Shown: piece by piece, positions 28,519 to 39,116 of the stretch
Numbering within the stretch: position 1 is the first letter of the stretch
Layout: every line of letters starts with the position of its first letter
Assembly (NCBI GenBank): GCA_964446575.1
Contig: CAYUOX010000075.1
Span: 23,580 to 87,579 of the forward strand
Direction of reading: 5' to 3'
DNA from: an uncultured Anaerolineaceae bacterium
Lineage (GTDB): Bacteria > Chloroflexota > Anaerolineae > Anaerolineales > DRMV01
Length of the DNA: 64,000 nucleotides
Made by a program: the position numbers and the translations under genes
The notes under the pieces: generated by a model
What the model was told of the DNA's origin: nothing
Seen by the model: only the letters and a program-made list of their open reading frames with translations
The model's database searches: none

Positions 28519-30195
28519 TCAAGGGGCCGGGGGCGTGTCTTCCGTTTCCTGCTGCGGCCGCGGATACACGTTCAACCGCTTAGGCCAGAAGCCTTCGGGT
28601 TTGACCAGCATCATGGCGATCAACGCGATGCCGTAGAAAAGCATCCGGTACTCGGAGAATTCCCGCAGCAGTTCGGGCAACCCCACCAAAGCCAACGCGC
28701 CAACGACCACGCCGGGCAGGCTGCCAATGCCGCCCACGATGATCAGCGACAGCACGTTGATGGAAATGATGAGGTTGAACGTGTGGGGATAGACCGAACC
28801 GACCTTAGCCGCGAAGATCGCGCCGCTCAAACCCGAAAAAGCCGCCCCAAAGCCAAAGGCCAGCAATTTGGTGGTCACCAGGTGAATGCCCATGGCCTCG
28901 GCTACGTCCTCATCTTCCCGCAAGGCTTGCCAGGCCCGCCCCACCCGCGAGTGGTAAAGACGATCAGCCACGAACCAGGTCAGCAGGATGCCAGCCAAGA
29001 TCAGGTAGTACAACTGGTATTCTTCTTTCAGCACCCAACTGCCAATGTACGGCTTGGGAATGTCCAACACCCCCAGAGCCCCGCCCATGAAAGGCTTGAA
29101 CCAGTCCGAGTTGGCCAAGATGCGAATGATTTCCCCAAAGCCCAGGGTCACAATGGCCAAATAATCGCCTCGCATACGCAACACGGGGATGCCCAAAATC
29201 TCCCCGGCCATGAGGGAAAGGATCACGGCCACGGGCAAGGCTTCCCAGAAGGTGTAACCGTGCCCCAACGGCCCCGTGGACGTCATCAAGGCTACGGTAT
29301 AGGCGCCAATGGCGAAGAACGCCACATAACCCAGGTCCAACAAACCTGCAAAACCCACCACGATGTTCAAACCCAACCCCATGATGATATACAACCCCAC
29401 CAGGTTGAGCACGCTGTTGAGATAAGTGTCTTTGTTGAAAACCCAAGTGGGTAGAAGGATGGCAAAAAGCAAAATCGCGGCGATCTTGGTGTAGGCACTC
29501 CAACTCGCAACTTCTTCGCTTTCCAACTGTTCCAGGGTTTTGACTCCCTGGGGGTACTTTTCGCGCCACCAGGCGTACAAGCCCCACAGCACCGTCAACA
29601 CGCCGAACAAGATGAGCGCGCCGTGGGGTTTGAGGCCCTTGTATGCGAACAGGGGGCCCAGCACTTTTTTGAGCACGGTGCGCTGCACCAGTTCGGCCAA
29701 CACGCCCATCAGCAGCGTGGTGCTCGCGCCGCCCAGCAAGGCTGTATGCACAACCGAGGGCAAAATGGGCAACACACTGGTGGCCCCGCCCAACGCCGCG
29801 CCGGTCAAAATCAAGTAAAGCACACCCTGAACCGTGCTTTCTTGGTTGAAGAGCAAGAACTTGTACAAGTTGGGCTTGGCCGTGACGAAAATCCAACTCA
29901 AATCCACCTTGCCGCCGATCATGGGCAACAAAGCCAGCACCGCGGCCCCAATACCGCCCACCACCATCCCTTGGACGGGCACCAAGGCCGGGCGTTCGTG
30001 CCGCCAGGGGCTGCGGGAGGCCGTGAGATAGCCCATGCCCGCGAAAACCAGCATGTAGACCACATGGCCCAAGGAAAGTTTGTCGATGACGGGCCGTTGG
30101 CTCAGGCTGAGGATCATGCCGGTCAAGGCGACGTACACAACGATGACGCCTGTGAGTAGACCCAGTTTGATGGTGTCACGCCAGGTTTGATTCAT
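28519..30195 (-). CDS. livM: Branched-chain amino acid ABC transporter permease with extended N-terminal TM region
   Basis: GLNIVVGFAGLLDLGY, LRMRGDYLAIVTLGFGEI and GRAWQALREDE motifs. Confidence 0.93.
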   Translation of the reverse strand: MNQTWRDTIKLGLLTGVIVVYVALTGMILSLSQRPVIDKLSLGHVVYMLVFAGMGYLTASRSPWRHERPALVPVQGMVVGGIGAAVLALLPMIGGKVDLSWIFVTAKPNLYKFLLFNQESTVQGVLYLILTGAALGGATSVLPILPSVVHTALLGGASTTLLMGVLAELVQRTVLKKVLGPLFAYKGLKPHGALILFGVLTVLWGLYAWWREKYPQGVKTLEQLESEEVASWSAYTKIAAILLFAILLPTWVFNKDTYLNSVLNLVGLYIIMGLGLNIVVGFAGLLDLGYVAFFAIGAYTVALMTSTGPLGHGYTFWEALPVAVILSLMAGEILGIPVLRMRGDYLAIVTLGFGEIIRILANSDWFKPFMGGALGVLDIPKPYIGSWVLKEEYQLYYLILAGILLTWFVADRLYHSRVGRAWQALREDEDVAEAMGIHLVTTKLLAFGFGAAFSGLSGAIFAAKVGSVYPHTFNLIISINVLSLIIVGGIGSLPGVVVGALALVGLPELLREFSEYRMLFYGIALIAMMLVKPEGFWPKRLNVYPRPQQETEDTPPAP

Positions 30196-30207
30196 GATCG
30201 GCCTCCT

Positions 30208-31287
<1,080 letters not shown>

Positions 31288-31382
31288 CGGCGGTCCTCCA
31301 GCGCGTGAAGTGGTGGGTGTCCGCACGGCCCTGGCGAGATACGCGCCGACCTGCCTGGGCCTTAAGGCAAGAGCACACATAG

Positions 31383-31417
31383 GAGGATGCCGGGGGGCGC
31401 ACCCCCGGCATCCTCCA
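31383..31417. terminator. Long intercistronic hairpin between livK and livH (mRNA-stabilising or attenuating)
   Basis: GGAGGATGCCGGGGG/CCCCCGGCATCCTCC inverted repeat with no U-tract. Confidence 0.55.
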
Positions 31418-31446
31418 TCCATCACGGACGAGTCAACAGGGGGTGA

Positions 31447-32805
31447 TCACTTGACCTCGGTGAACTCGCCGTTGAAGTAGGTGTACTTCGGCACGAAGTC
31501 CAGCTCGCCGTCCACCTCTTCGGCCATGTAGATCACGATCTTGGTGGTCTCGGGGCTGGTGAAGTCGCCGTATTCGTTGGCCGACAGGGTGCCGGTCAGG
31601 CCCTGGTAGTCCTTGGTGGCGTACAGCGCATCCAGCAGGGCCTTGCGCGGGATCAACAGCCCGCCGTCGGCCTTCTTGATGGCCACCTGCTCGATGGCGT
31701 TCAAGATGATGTTGTACGCGTCATAGGCCTGTTCGCCGAAGGGCGCGGGCGGCTTAGAGCCGTTGATCTCGACATACTTCTTGGCATATTCTTCGTTCTG
31801 CGGCACTTCGGGGCCGGTGAACCACATGCCCTTGGCGGCATCGCCCGCGGCCTCGAGGAACTTGTCCACCTTCAGGCCGTCGGCGCCGATGAGCACCACG
31901 TTCTCGAAGCCCTCAACTTCCTTGGCCTGGCGAGCCACATGGCCACCGGCCTCAGGATACAGCGGGAAGAACAGCACCTCGGGCTGCTTCTCCGCGATGC
32001 GGGTCAGCACCGGGCGCATATCGGTGTCGTCGGGGTTGATGGCTTCTTGGGCCACGCATTCGCCGCCCAGCTCCTCAAAGCGCTGGCAAGCCACTTCTTG
32101 CAGCTGTTGCGGGTAAGGCGTGCCGTCGTGGATGGTGGCCATCTTCTTGAGGCCCAGCACGTTGTACACGAACTCAGCCACCACCGCGCCCTGATAGGCG
32201 TCGTTGTACACGGTGCGCAGGAAGCCCAGTTTGTGGGTATCGGGCGCGGTCAGGGCCGGCGCGGTGCACGAGTTGGAGATCATGAACATGTTGGCATCGG
32301 TGACGATTTGCGCCGCGGGGGTGCAGGCGCTGGAGCAGTTGGCACCGATGATGCCCACGATCTTGTCGTTGGAGGTCAGCTTCTGGGCCGCAATTTGACC
32401 GCCTTCGGCGTTGCACTGGGAGTCTTCGACCACCAGTTCCACCTTGTGGCCCAGCACCTCGGGCCGCTCAGCCTGCGCGACCCGCACGCCGCCCAAGCCA
32501 GCCTCGCCATAGTTGGCCGCGCCACCGCTCAGCACCTGCATCACGCCGATCTGAATCGGCTCGTCGGGCGCGATTTCAACGCAACCCCACTCGTCTTCAC
32601 AGGTGGCTTCAGCCATCTCTTGGCCACCCTCTTCCTTGGCCTCCTCGGTGGCCATTTCCTCCTTGGGGGCCTCGGTGGCCATTTCTTCTTTCGGCGCCTC
32701 GGTGGCCGCGGCTTCGCCGCCTTCTTGCGCGCCACCACACGCCGCCAGCGCCAGGGCCAGCATGGCCACTAACGCCAACACGATGAGCCAATGTTTCTTG
32801 CTCAT
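31447..32805 (-). CDS. livK: Branched-chain amino acid ABC transporter substrate-binding lipoprotein
   Basis: Lipobox LAAC and periplasmic binding protein type 1 motifs (EDSQC, GANCSS, RTVYNDAYQG, AYDAYNII). Heads the liv operon. Confidence 0.9.
   Translation of the reverse strand: MSKKHWLIVLALVAMLALALAACGGAQEGGEAAATEAPKEEMATEAPKEEMATEEAKEEGGQEMAEATCEDEWGCVEIAPDEPIQIGVMQVLSGGAANYGEAGLGGVRVAQAERPEVLGHKVELVVEDSQCNAEGGQIAAQKLTSNDKIVGIIGANCSSACTPAAQIVTDANMFMISNSCTAPALTAPDTHKLGFLRTVYNDAYQGAVVAEFVYNVLGLKKMATIHDGTPYPQQLQEVACQRFEELGGECVAQEAINPDDTDMRPVLTRIAEKQPEVLFFPLYPEAGGHVARQAKEVEGFENVVLIGADGLKVDKFLEAAGDAAKGMWFTGPEVPQNEEYAKKYVEINGSKPPAPFGEQAYDAYNIILNAIEQVAIKKADGGLLIPRKALLDALYATKDYQGLTGTLSANEYGDFTSPETTKIVIYMAEEVDGELDFVPKYTYFNGEFTEVK
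32640..32710 (-). repeat. Tandem 27-nt repeat encoding (A/M)ATE(A/E)(P/A)KEE linker in LivK
   Basis: Protein reads ATEAPKEEM-ATEAPKEEM-ATEEAKEE; CTCGGTGGCC recurs at 27-nt period. Confidence 0.8.
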
Positions 32806-32850
32806 CTCTTCTCCTCCGACTTGGAATTCCACCCATTGGGTGGTGCCCCT

Positions 32851-32878
32851 ATTGTACGCGAAAACCGAATGGCGTCAA
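32851..32878 (-). promoter_or_regulatory. Sigma70-type promoter of the liv operon
   Basis: Minus strand TTGACG-16 nt-TACAAT. Confidence 0.6.
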
Positions 32879-33433
32879 GTGCGCGGGATTTTTCACGCTC
32901 TTTCGCGGCTTCCGGGCCGCGGGCCTGCGTTTCCATCCGGTCCCTTTGTCGTCAGAGTGCTCTTTTCTGGGAGGAAAATCGAACAGAAAAACGCCCATAG
33001 AAAACCCTCGATCTGACAGCATCCGGGCCGCACGGCACGCCACCCCCTTCTCGAAAAAACGCCCATTCTCCCGACAAACCAGGGGAATCGCGACCACGGC
33101 CGCCCCCGAAAAGCGATTTTGGGCCTCGACCACGCCGAACGGCCGCACACGCGCGGCAGCCCTCCTGCCAAGGCCTGCCAAGGCGCGGCAACGCGGCTCG
33201 AGCACGGCCGCGGCCCCGTTCTCGCGCGTCAGGGTGCGGGAAAGGGCGTTTGGCAACGGCCCCATGCGGGCGAAGGCCAAGCCCCTCACGCGCCGCAGCC
33301 CTCGCGCTTCGGCCAGCCGCGCCGCACGCATCTTCTTGGGTCTCACGACTACCTGGGCCTCGGTCCCAGCACGGGGATCAAGGGGCAGGCCGCAGCCTTT
33401 CGCGACCCAATAAAACACCGCCTGGCGACGAAC

Positions 33434-33534
33434 CCGCGCGCCCGGCGGGGGTGTTCGCAAATTTCGCACAGGGACACGGAGAGCACAGAGGGGAGGCGAG
33501 CAGAAAGGGGATTTTCGAACAGCCGCGCGCCCGG
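33434..33534. mobile_element. MITE-like miniature element
   Basis: 14-bp terminal inverted repeats (GGGTGTTCGCAAAT 33449-33462 / ATTTTCGAACAGCC 33511-33524, 12/14 match). Flanked by direct repeat CCGCGCGCCCGG (33434-33445, 33523-33534). Confidence 0.4.
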
Positions 33535-33563
33535 TTGACGAGGGCGCCAAGCCATTCTACAAT
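33535..33563 (+). promoter_or_regulatory. Sigma70-type promoter of the SH3 lipoprotein gene
   Basis: TTGACG-17 nt-TACAAT. Confidence 0.7.
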
Positions 33564-33651
33564 GGAAAATGGAGGATCACGCCGCGCGCCGAACCTGGGG
33601 CCACGCGCGCGGCGCCCAGGCCCATCTTTGCCATCTCGCAGGAGGACGGTC

Positions 33652-34551
33652 ATGTCTCGCTTTCGCTTTTGGCTTCGGGGCCTGGGGTTGGGGCTCATGG
33701 GCCTAACGCTCACGCTGGCTTGCAGCCGCGTCACGTTTTCGTTTGGGGACGAAACCACCCCCACAGCCGACTTGGCCGCCACCGCAGCGGCCATTGCCGC
33801 GCAAACCATCCAAGCCCAAACCACAGCCCAAGAAGAGGCACCCGCGACCGCGGCGGCGCCTTCGCCGTTGCCCCCCACAGCCGTGTCGCCCACAGCCACG
33901 GCCACGCCCCCGCCTTTGCCCACGGCCACACCGCAACCACCGCCCCCCACCGCCACACCACGGCCCGAGGTCACTTTCACAGCCACGGCCAACACCCGTT
34001 GCCGCCAAGGCCCGGGGGTGTATTATCCACAAGTCGGCGTGGTGGCCGCGGGACAAACCGTGCCCGTCTTGGCCCGCACCGACGCGGTGGAGGGGTATTG
34101 GCTGGTGCAACTCCCCGACGGCCGCACATGTTGGGCGTGGGACCGCTACGCGACGCTGCAAGGCAACGCGGCCGCGCTGCCCCTGGCAACGCCACCACCC
34201 GCGCCCGACGCGGCCTTTTCGCTGTTTTATATCGATGCCGCGGAGTGTGGCGCCAATCGGGGGCTGACATTCGAACTCGTCAACCGCGGGCCAGTGCCCA
34301 TTGAGTCGGCTTACATCGAGATCCAGGGCACATCTTATCGAGTGAGCGCGGGGCTGCAATTCCAGTGGTGGCTGGATTGCAACCGCAAAGGCTCCGCGCA
34401 CACCATCCAACCCGGTCGCAGCGTGTGGATCACCGTACCCACGGGCACGGAGGACTTGCGTACGCGCGCGATTACAGTGTATGCCAAAGCCTGCACTGAG
34501 GACAATTTGAACGGCACTTGCTTCGAGCGGACTTTGTCCTTCCGACCATGA
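33652..34551 (+). CDS. Lipoprotein with bacterial SH3-like domain and C-terminal Ig-like domain
   Basis: Lipobox LTLAC, Pro/Thr linker, ANTRCRQGPG..Y and CWAW SH3b-like pattern. Confidence 0.7.
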   Translation: MSRFRFWLRGLGLGLMGLTLTLACSRVTFSFGDETTPTADLAATAAAIAAQTIQAQTTAQEEAPATAAAPSPLPPTAVSPTATATPPPLPTATPQPPPPTATPRPEVTFTATANTRCRQGPGVYYPQVGVVAAGQTVPVLARTDAVEGYWLVQLPDGRTCWAWDRYATLQGNAAALPLATPPPAPDAAFSLFYIDAAECGANRGLTFELVNRGPVPIESAYIEIQGTSYRVSAGLQFQWWLDCNRKGSAHTIQPGRSVWITVPTGTEDLRTRAITVYAKACTEDNLNGTCFERTLSFRP

Positions 34552-34555
34552 CCAA

Positions 34556-35797
34556 CTACCCCGCCTCCGCGGAGGCTTCCACCGGAGGCGGGGTTTGCAC
34601 ACCAAACAGCCACGCGCCCAAAAGGGCCAACAGGGCACCCACCAGCCACGGTGCGCGCGGGGAAAAGGCATCGTTCAGCCAACCCCCCAAAGGGCTGATC
34701 AGCCCCGCGCCCAAGGCCCACATGAACGCCAAAGTCGCCATGTAGCGACCGCGCAAATGCCGTGGGGCCAGGTTGGCCACCCAAGTCGAGGCCGCAGGCA
34801 CGAGCATCATTTCGCCCACAGTCATCACCACCATCAACGCCCAAAATTGCCAAAACGTGCGCGCGACCAGCACACCCCCTACGGCCAGCGCATAGAGCAA
34901 TGACCCACCCACTAACGACGCGGACAAAGGGAATCGTCGCATCAGGCCGGTAACGCCATATTGAAACAAGGTCACCATCACCGCGTTGGTGGTGATAAGC
35001 CACCGATAGCGGTCTTCGGCCAAGCCGTAGTGGTCGCGCATGTAGACCCCCAAGTAGATCCACATCAGCCCGGCCGCCATCCAAGCGAACAACGCGGCGG
35101 CCAAGAAGGCCAGCAGCCGCCGATCACGGGCCATCGCCTGCAGCCCTTGCCACAGCGTGGCTTCCTCCGCGGAACTCGCGGCGGGGCGCGTTTCGCGCGC
35201 CAACACGGCCAACAGCAGGGCATAGGCCACCAACGAGACCGCGGCCGCGACAAAGGCCCGCCGGTAGGCATGCACCAGCAACCAACCGCCGATCGCGGGG
35301 CCGACCGCAATGCCCGCATTGGTGGCCGTGCGCAACACCGCATAGGCCCGATCTCGATCGCGCGGCGGGATCATGTCCGCGGTCATGGCATCGCCACCGA
35401 TGCGATAAGCCGGCGCGAAGAAGCCCCCCAAAGCCATAAAGCCCGCGAACTCGATCCAACGGCTGGCCCAGCCCAACCCCACATAGCCCACGGCCATGCC
35501 CACCAAACTGAGCACAATGCCCGCCTTGCGTCCCACCCGATCCACCACCGGACCGGCCAGCACCGTGCCGACCACGCCGGCCAAGGCTTGCAAGGTGATC
35601 AACATCCCCACTTGCGCCAAAGGCACATCTAAACGCCGGCTGAGATACAAGGCCAAAAACGGCCACACCATGCTGGTGCCTGCAGAGGACAAAAACATCC
35701 CGCCCACCAGCAGCGCGAACTGGGGCGGGTAGCCGCGCCACAGGGTTTGGCTGCACGCGGCCCTTGTCGTCGCCGGGGCGTCGGTCAAGGGGTCCAA
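34556..35797 (-). CDS. MFS transporter
   Basis: 12 TM helices, MFS motif A (GPVVDRVGRK), GRYMA and GGWLND. Confidence 0.9.
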   Translation of the reverse strand: MDPLTDAPATTRAACSQTLWRGYPPQFALLVGGMFLSSAGTSMVWPFLALYLSRRLDVPLAQVGMLITLQALAGVVGTVLAGPVVDRVGRKAGIVLSLVGMAVGYVGLGWASRWIEFAGFMALGGFFAPAYRIGGDAMTADMIPPRDRDRAYAVLRTATNAGIAVGPAIGGWLLVHAYRRAFVAAAVSLVAYALLLAVLARETRPAASSAEEATLWQGLQAMARDRRLLAFLAAALFAWMAAGLMWIYLGVYMRDHYGLAEDRYRWLITTNAVMVTLFQYGVTGLMRRFPLSASLVGGSLLYALAVGGVLVARTFWQFWALMVVMTVGEMMLVPAASTWVANLAPRHLRGRYMATLAFMWALGAGLISPLGGWLNDAFSPRAPWLVGALLALLGAWLFGVQTPPPVEASAEAG

Positions 35798-36034
35798 GAT
35801 GCCACTCCAACCTCAGGGGGACCGCTGGGCGGCCGTTACACGCTGGTGCATTATACTCCCGCGGCCCGCAGGGCAAGCCAAACGGCCCCGCGTCGGGGCA
35901 TTTCGTGGTAAAATAAAGCATCCTGCACCCAGACTTTGGTGGACTCCTCTACGCCGGTCGGAGGATGCTCCGGCCCCGTCTATCCAGTGGGCGGGGCCTG
36001 TTCCGACCTGGACGATAGCCGGGAAGGAGGCTCT

Positions 36035-39000
36035 GTGAGCGCACAACGAATGGACGAACTCCACTACGATGCTTCTGACATCCAAGTGTTGGAAGGGTTG
36101 GAGGCCGTGCGGCGTCGGCCGGGCATGTATGTCGGCGGCACGGACATTCGCGCGCTGCACCATTTGATCTACGAAGTGGTGGACAACTCCATCGACGAGG
36201 CCTTGGCTGGCGCGTGCGACCGCATCGAGATCACCATTCACCCCGACCGCAGCGTGACCGTGGAAGACAACGGTCGCGGCATCCCGGTGGACATTCACCC
36301 GCAGACGGGCAAATCCGCGCTGGAAGTGGTCATGACCACCCTGCACGCGGGGGCCAAATTCGGCGGTGGTGGCTACAAGGTCTCGGGCGGGTTGCACGGC
36401 GTGGGCGTTTCCGCGGTCAACGCGCTGTCGGCCTGGTGCGAGGTGGTGGTCAAGCGGGAAGGCAAAATCTATCGCCAGCGCTACGAACGCGGTCGGCCCG
36501 TCACCCCCGTCGAAGTCATCGGCACTACCACAGCCGACGATACGGGCACCCGCACCACGTTCCGCTTTGACCCCGAAATCTTCGGCACCGACATCGATTA
36601 CCGCTTCGAAACCCTGGTGCAGCGCTTTCGCGAAATGGCCTTTGTCACCCGCGGGGTGTGGATCCGCTTCGTGGACGAACGCATCCGCCGCGAGATGAAC
36701 TTTTACTTCGAAGGCGGCATTCGGTCTTTCGTGCGCTACCTCAACCGCCATCGCAAGGCCCTGCACCCCGTCATCTACGCGGAAAAAGACATCGACCAAG
36801 TCGCGGTAGAAATTGCCATCCAATACACCGACGCGTTCACCGAATCGGTGTACGCGTTCGCCAACACCATCCACACCGTCGACGGTGGCACGCACCTGAC
36901 GGGTTTGCGCACAGCCATTACCCGCACCCTCAACGACTACGCGCGCAAGCACGGGTTCTTGAAAGATTCAGACCCCAATTTCACCGGCGACGACACCCGG
37001 GAAGGCCTGACCGCAGTCGTCAGCGTCAAACACCCCGACCCCCAATTCGAGAGCCAGACCAAAGTCAAATTGATGAACCCTGAAGTGCAAACGTACGTGC
37101 AACAGGTCACCAGCGAGGCCTTGAGCACGTTTTTGGAAGAAAACCCTTCGGCCGCGCGGGCGATCATCCAAAAGTGTCTGACCTCCGCGCGCGCCCGAGC
37201 CGCAGCCCGCAAGGCCCGCGATTTGGTGATCCGCAAATCCGCGCTGGAAAGCCTCACCCTGCCTGGCAAGTTGGCCGACTGCTCGTCGCGCGACCCCGAA
37301 AAGACCGAACTGTACATCGTCGAGGGCGTGTCTGCAGGCGGCTCGGCCAAACAGGGGCGGGATCGACACTTTCAGGCCGTGCTGCCCTTGCGGGGCAAGA
37401 TCCTCAACACCGAGCGGGCCCGGTTAGACAAGATCCTCTCCAACAGCGAGATCAAAGCCCTGATCTCCGCGCTGGGCACGGGCATCGGCGAACAGTTCAA
37501 CCTGGACAACCTGCGTTACGGCCGGGTGATCATCATGAGCGTCGACGGTGCTGAGATGGTGCTGGTGCAAGGCCCCGACGGTTGGGTGCAGACCATGCGC
37601 GTGGCCGACCTGGTGGACGGCCTGATCGCGGAGGGCGACGAAGCCGCCGTCGAGGGGTATCGGGTGTTGGCCTTTGACCCCGAAACCGGGCAGGCCGCGT
37701 TCCGGCCCCTGGTCAAAGTGTTGCGGCACACGATCGCCGAACCCCTGTACGAATTGGTCACCGCCTATGGCCGTCGGGTGCGGGTGACCGCATCCCACAG
37801 CGTCTTTGTGCTGCGCGGCCGGCAATTGCACCTGGTGCGCGGGGACCAAGTCCGACCCGACGATTGGGTGCTGACGCTCGACCGCCTCGACCTACCCAGC
37901 CGGCCCCCCGCGGAGCCCTTCCCCCTGACCCCCGAGGCCATGACCCTGCTGGGCTTCTTGACCGCGGACGGTTCATGGACCGAAACGGGCTTTCGCATTG
38001 CGCTGGGCCGCCAAAATCGTGCTGTGGTCGAGGAACTCGCGGCCGCGGCTCGCGCGACGTTCGGGGTCGAGCCGCGCGTCCTCTCGGAGCGGGCCGATCG
38101 CGGCCAGGTCTTGCTGGTCGAAGGGCCTGACTTGCGCCAACGGGTGATGGCGTGGGCCGGCTACCCCCCCGACCAAGGGCCGCAGCAAAGCCTGCCCAAC
38201 TTGGTGTTCAACGTCACGCCCGAACTGCGCTTGGCCTTTTTGCGCGGCTACTTCTTGGGCGATGGGGCCATCTCGCTGACCGGCATTCACCTGAGCACCG
38301 CGTCGGAGCCCTTGGCCAACCAATTGCTGTATGTGCTGGCCTCGTTGGGCGTGGTCGCCTCGCTGACCATGCGGCAGGTGCGGCGGCGCAATGGCCTGAG
38401 CACGGTCTACATGATCGGCATCGCGGCCAAGGACTATTTGGCCCAATTGTCGCAGATGTGGCGCGATCATCCTTCCGCGCACAAGGTGCGCCGCCGCTTG
38501 GCCGGCCAAGGCCGCGGGGGCATCAACCGCCCCTTGCAACCTTATCGCGGGAACCTCATCGCGGTGCCCGTGCGCGAAGTGCGTACGGTGGAGCCCAGCA
38601 CGCCATGGGTCTACGACCTCACCGTCGAAGGCGCGGGGAACTTCTTCTGCGGCTTGGGCGGGGTCGCGGTTCACAACACCGACGCGGACGTCGACGGCAG
38701 CCACATTCGCACGCTGCTGCTCACGTTCTTCTTCCGTTACATGCTGCCTCTCATCGAAGCCGGGCACCTCTACATCGCCCAGCCGCCGTTGTACCGCATC
38801 GAATACAAAAAGAAGGTGCACTACGCGTACTCCGAGGAAGAGAAAGAGCGCATCTTGCAACGCTTGAACGCGCCCGCCGACAAAGTGCGCATTCAACGGT
38901 ACAAAGGTCTGGGCGAGATGAACCCGCAACAACTGTGGGAAACGACCATGGACCCTGAACAGCGCACCTTGCTCCAGGTCACGGTGGAAGACGCCGCGGA

Positions 39001-39100
39001 AGCGGACCGCACCTTCGACATGCTGATGGGGCCATCGGTACCCCCACGGCGCAGTTTCATTCAACGCCACGCGAAAGAAGTGCGCAATTTAGATATCTGA
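36035..39100 (+). CDS. gyrB: DNA gyrase subunit B containing an intein (about 641 aa after splicing)
   Basis: GTG start after [72 protein letters not shown] and C-terminal NLDI motifs. Confidence 0.97.
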   Translation: MSAQRMDELHYDASDIQVLEGLEAVRRRPGMYVGGTDIRALHHLIYEVVDNSIDEALAGACDRIEITIHPDRSVTVEDNGRGIPVDIHPQTGKSALEVVMTTLHAGAKFGGGGYKVSGGLHGVGVSAVNALSAWCEVVVKREGKIYRQRYERGRPVTPVEVIGTTTADDTGTRTTFRFDPEIFGTDIDYRFETLVQRFREMAFVTRGVWIRFVDERIRREMNFYFEGGIRSFVRYLNRHRKALHPVIYAEKDIDQVAVEIAIQYTDAFTESVYAFANTIHTVDGGTHLTGLRTAITRTLNDYARKHGFLKDSDPNFTGDDTREGLTAVVSVKHPDPQFESQTKVKLMNPEVQTYVQQVTSEALSTFLEENPSAARAIIQKCLTSARARAAARKARDLVIRKSALESLTLPGKLADCSSRDPEKTELYIVEGVSAGGSAKQGRDRHFQAVLPLRGKILNTERARLDKILSNSEIKALISALGTGIGEQFNLDNLRYGRVIIMSVDGAEMVLVQGPDGWVQTMRVADLVDGLIAEGDEAAVEGYRVLAFDPETGQAAFRPLVKVLRHTIAEPLYELVTAYGRRVRVTASHSVFVLRGRQLHLVRGDQVRPDDWVLTLDRLDLPSRPPAEPFPLTPEAMTLLGFLTADGSWTETGFRIALGRQNRAVVEELAAAARATFGVEPRVLSERADRGQVLLVEGPDLRQRVMAWAGYPPDQGPQQSLPNLVFNVTPELRLAFLRGYFLGDGAISLTGIHLSTASEPLANQLLYVLASLGVVASLTMRQVRRRNGLSTVYMIGIAAKDYLAQLSQMWRDHPSAHKVRRRLAGQGRGGINRPLQPYRGNLIAVPVREVRTVEPSTPWVYDLTVEGAGNFFCGLGGVAVHNTDADVDGSHIRTLLLTFFFRYMLPLIEAGHLYIAQPPLYRIEYKKKVHYAYSEEEKERILQRLNAPADKVRIQRYKGLGEMNPQQLWETTMDPEQRTLLQVTVEDAAEADRTFDMLMGPSVPPRRSFIQRHAKEVRNLDI
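37538..38677 (+). mobile_element. Intein with LAGLIDADG homing endonuclease, 380 aa, Ser1...His-Asn / Thr+1
   Basis: In-frame insertion between IIM and TDADVDG. Block A SVDGAEMV, block [18 protein letters not shown] motifs [10 protein letters not shown] and [10 protein letters not shown], block F VYDLTVEG, block G VHN. Confidence 0.93.
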
Positions 39101-39116
39101 CCGCGAGGCCGCGTCC

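Noticed and set aside
34023-34031. Perfect DnaA box TTATCCACA
   Set aside because: It is a single copy inside the SH3-lipoprotein coding sequence (Y-Y-P-Q codons), with no box cluster or AT-rich unwinding element, so it is not oriC.
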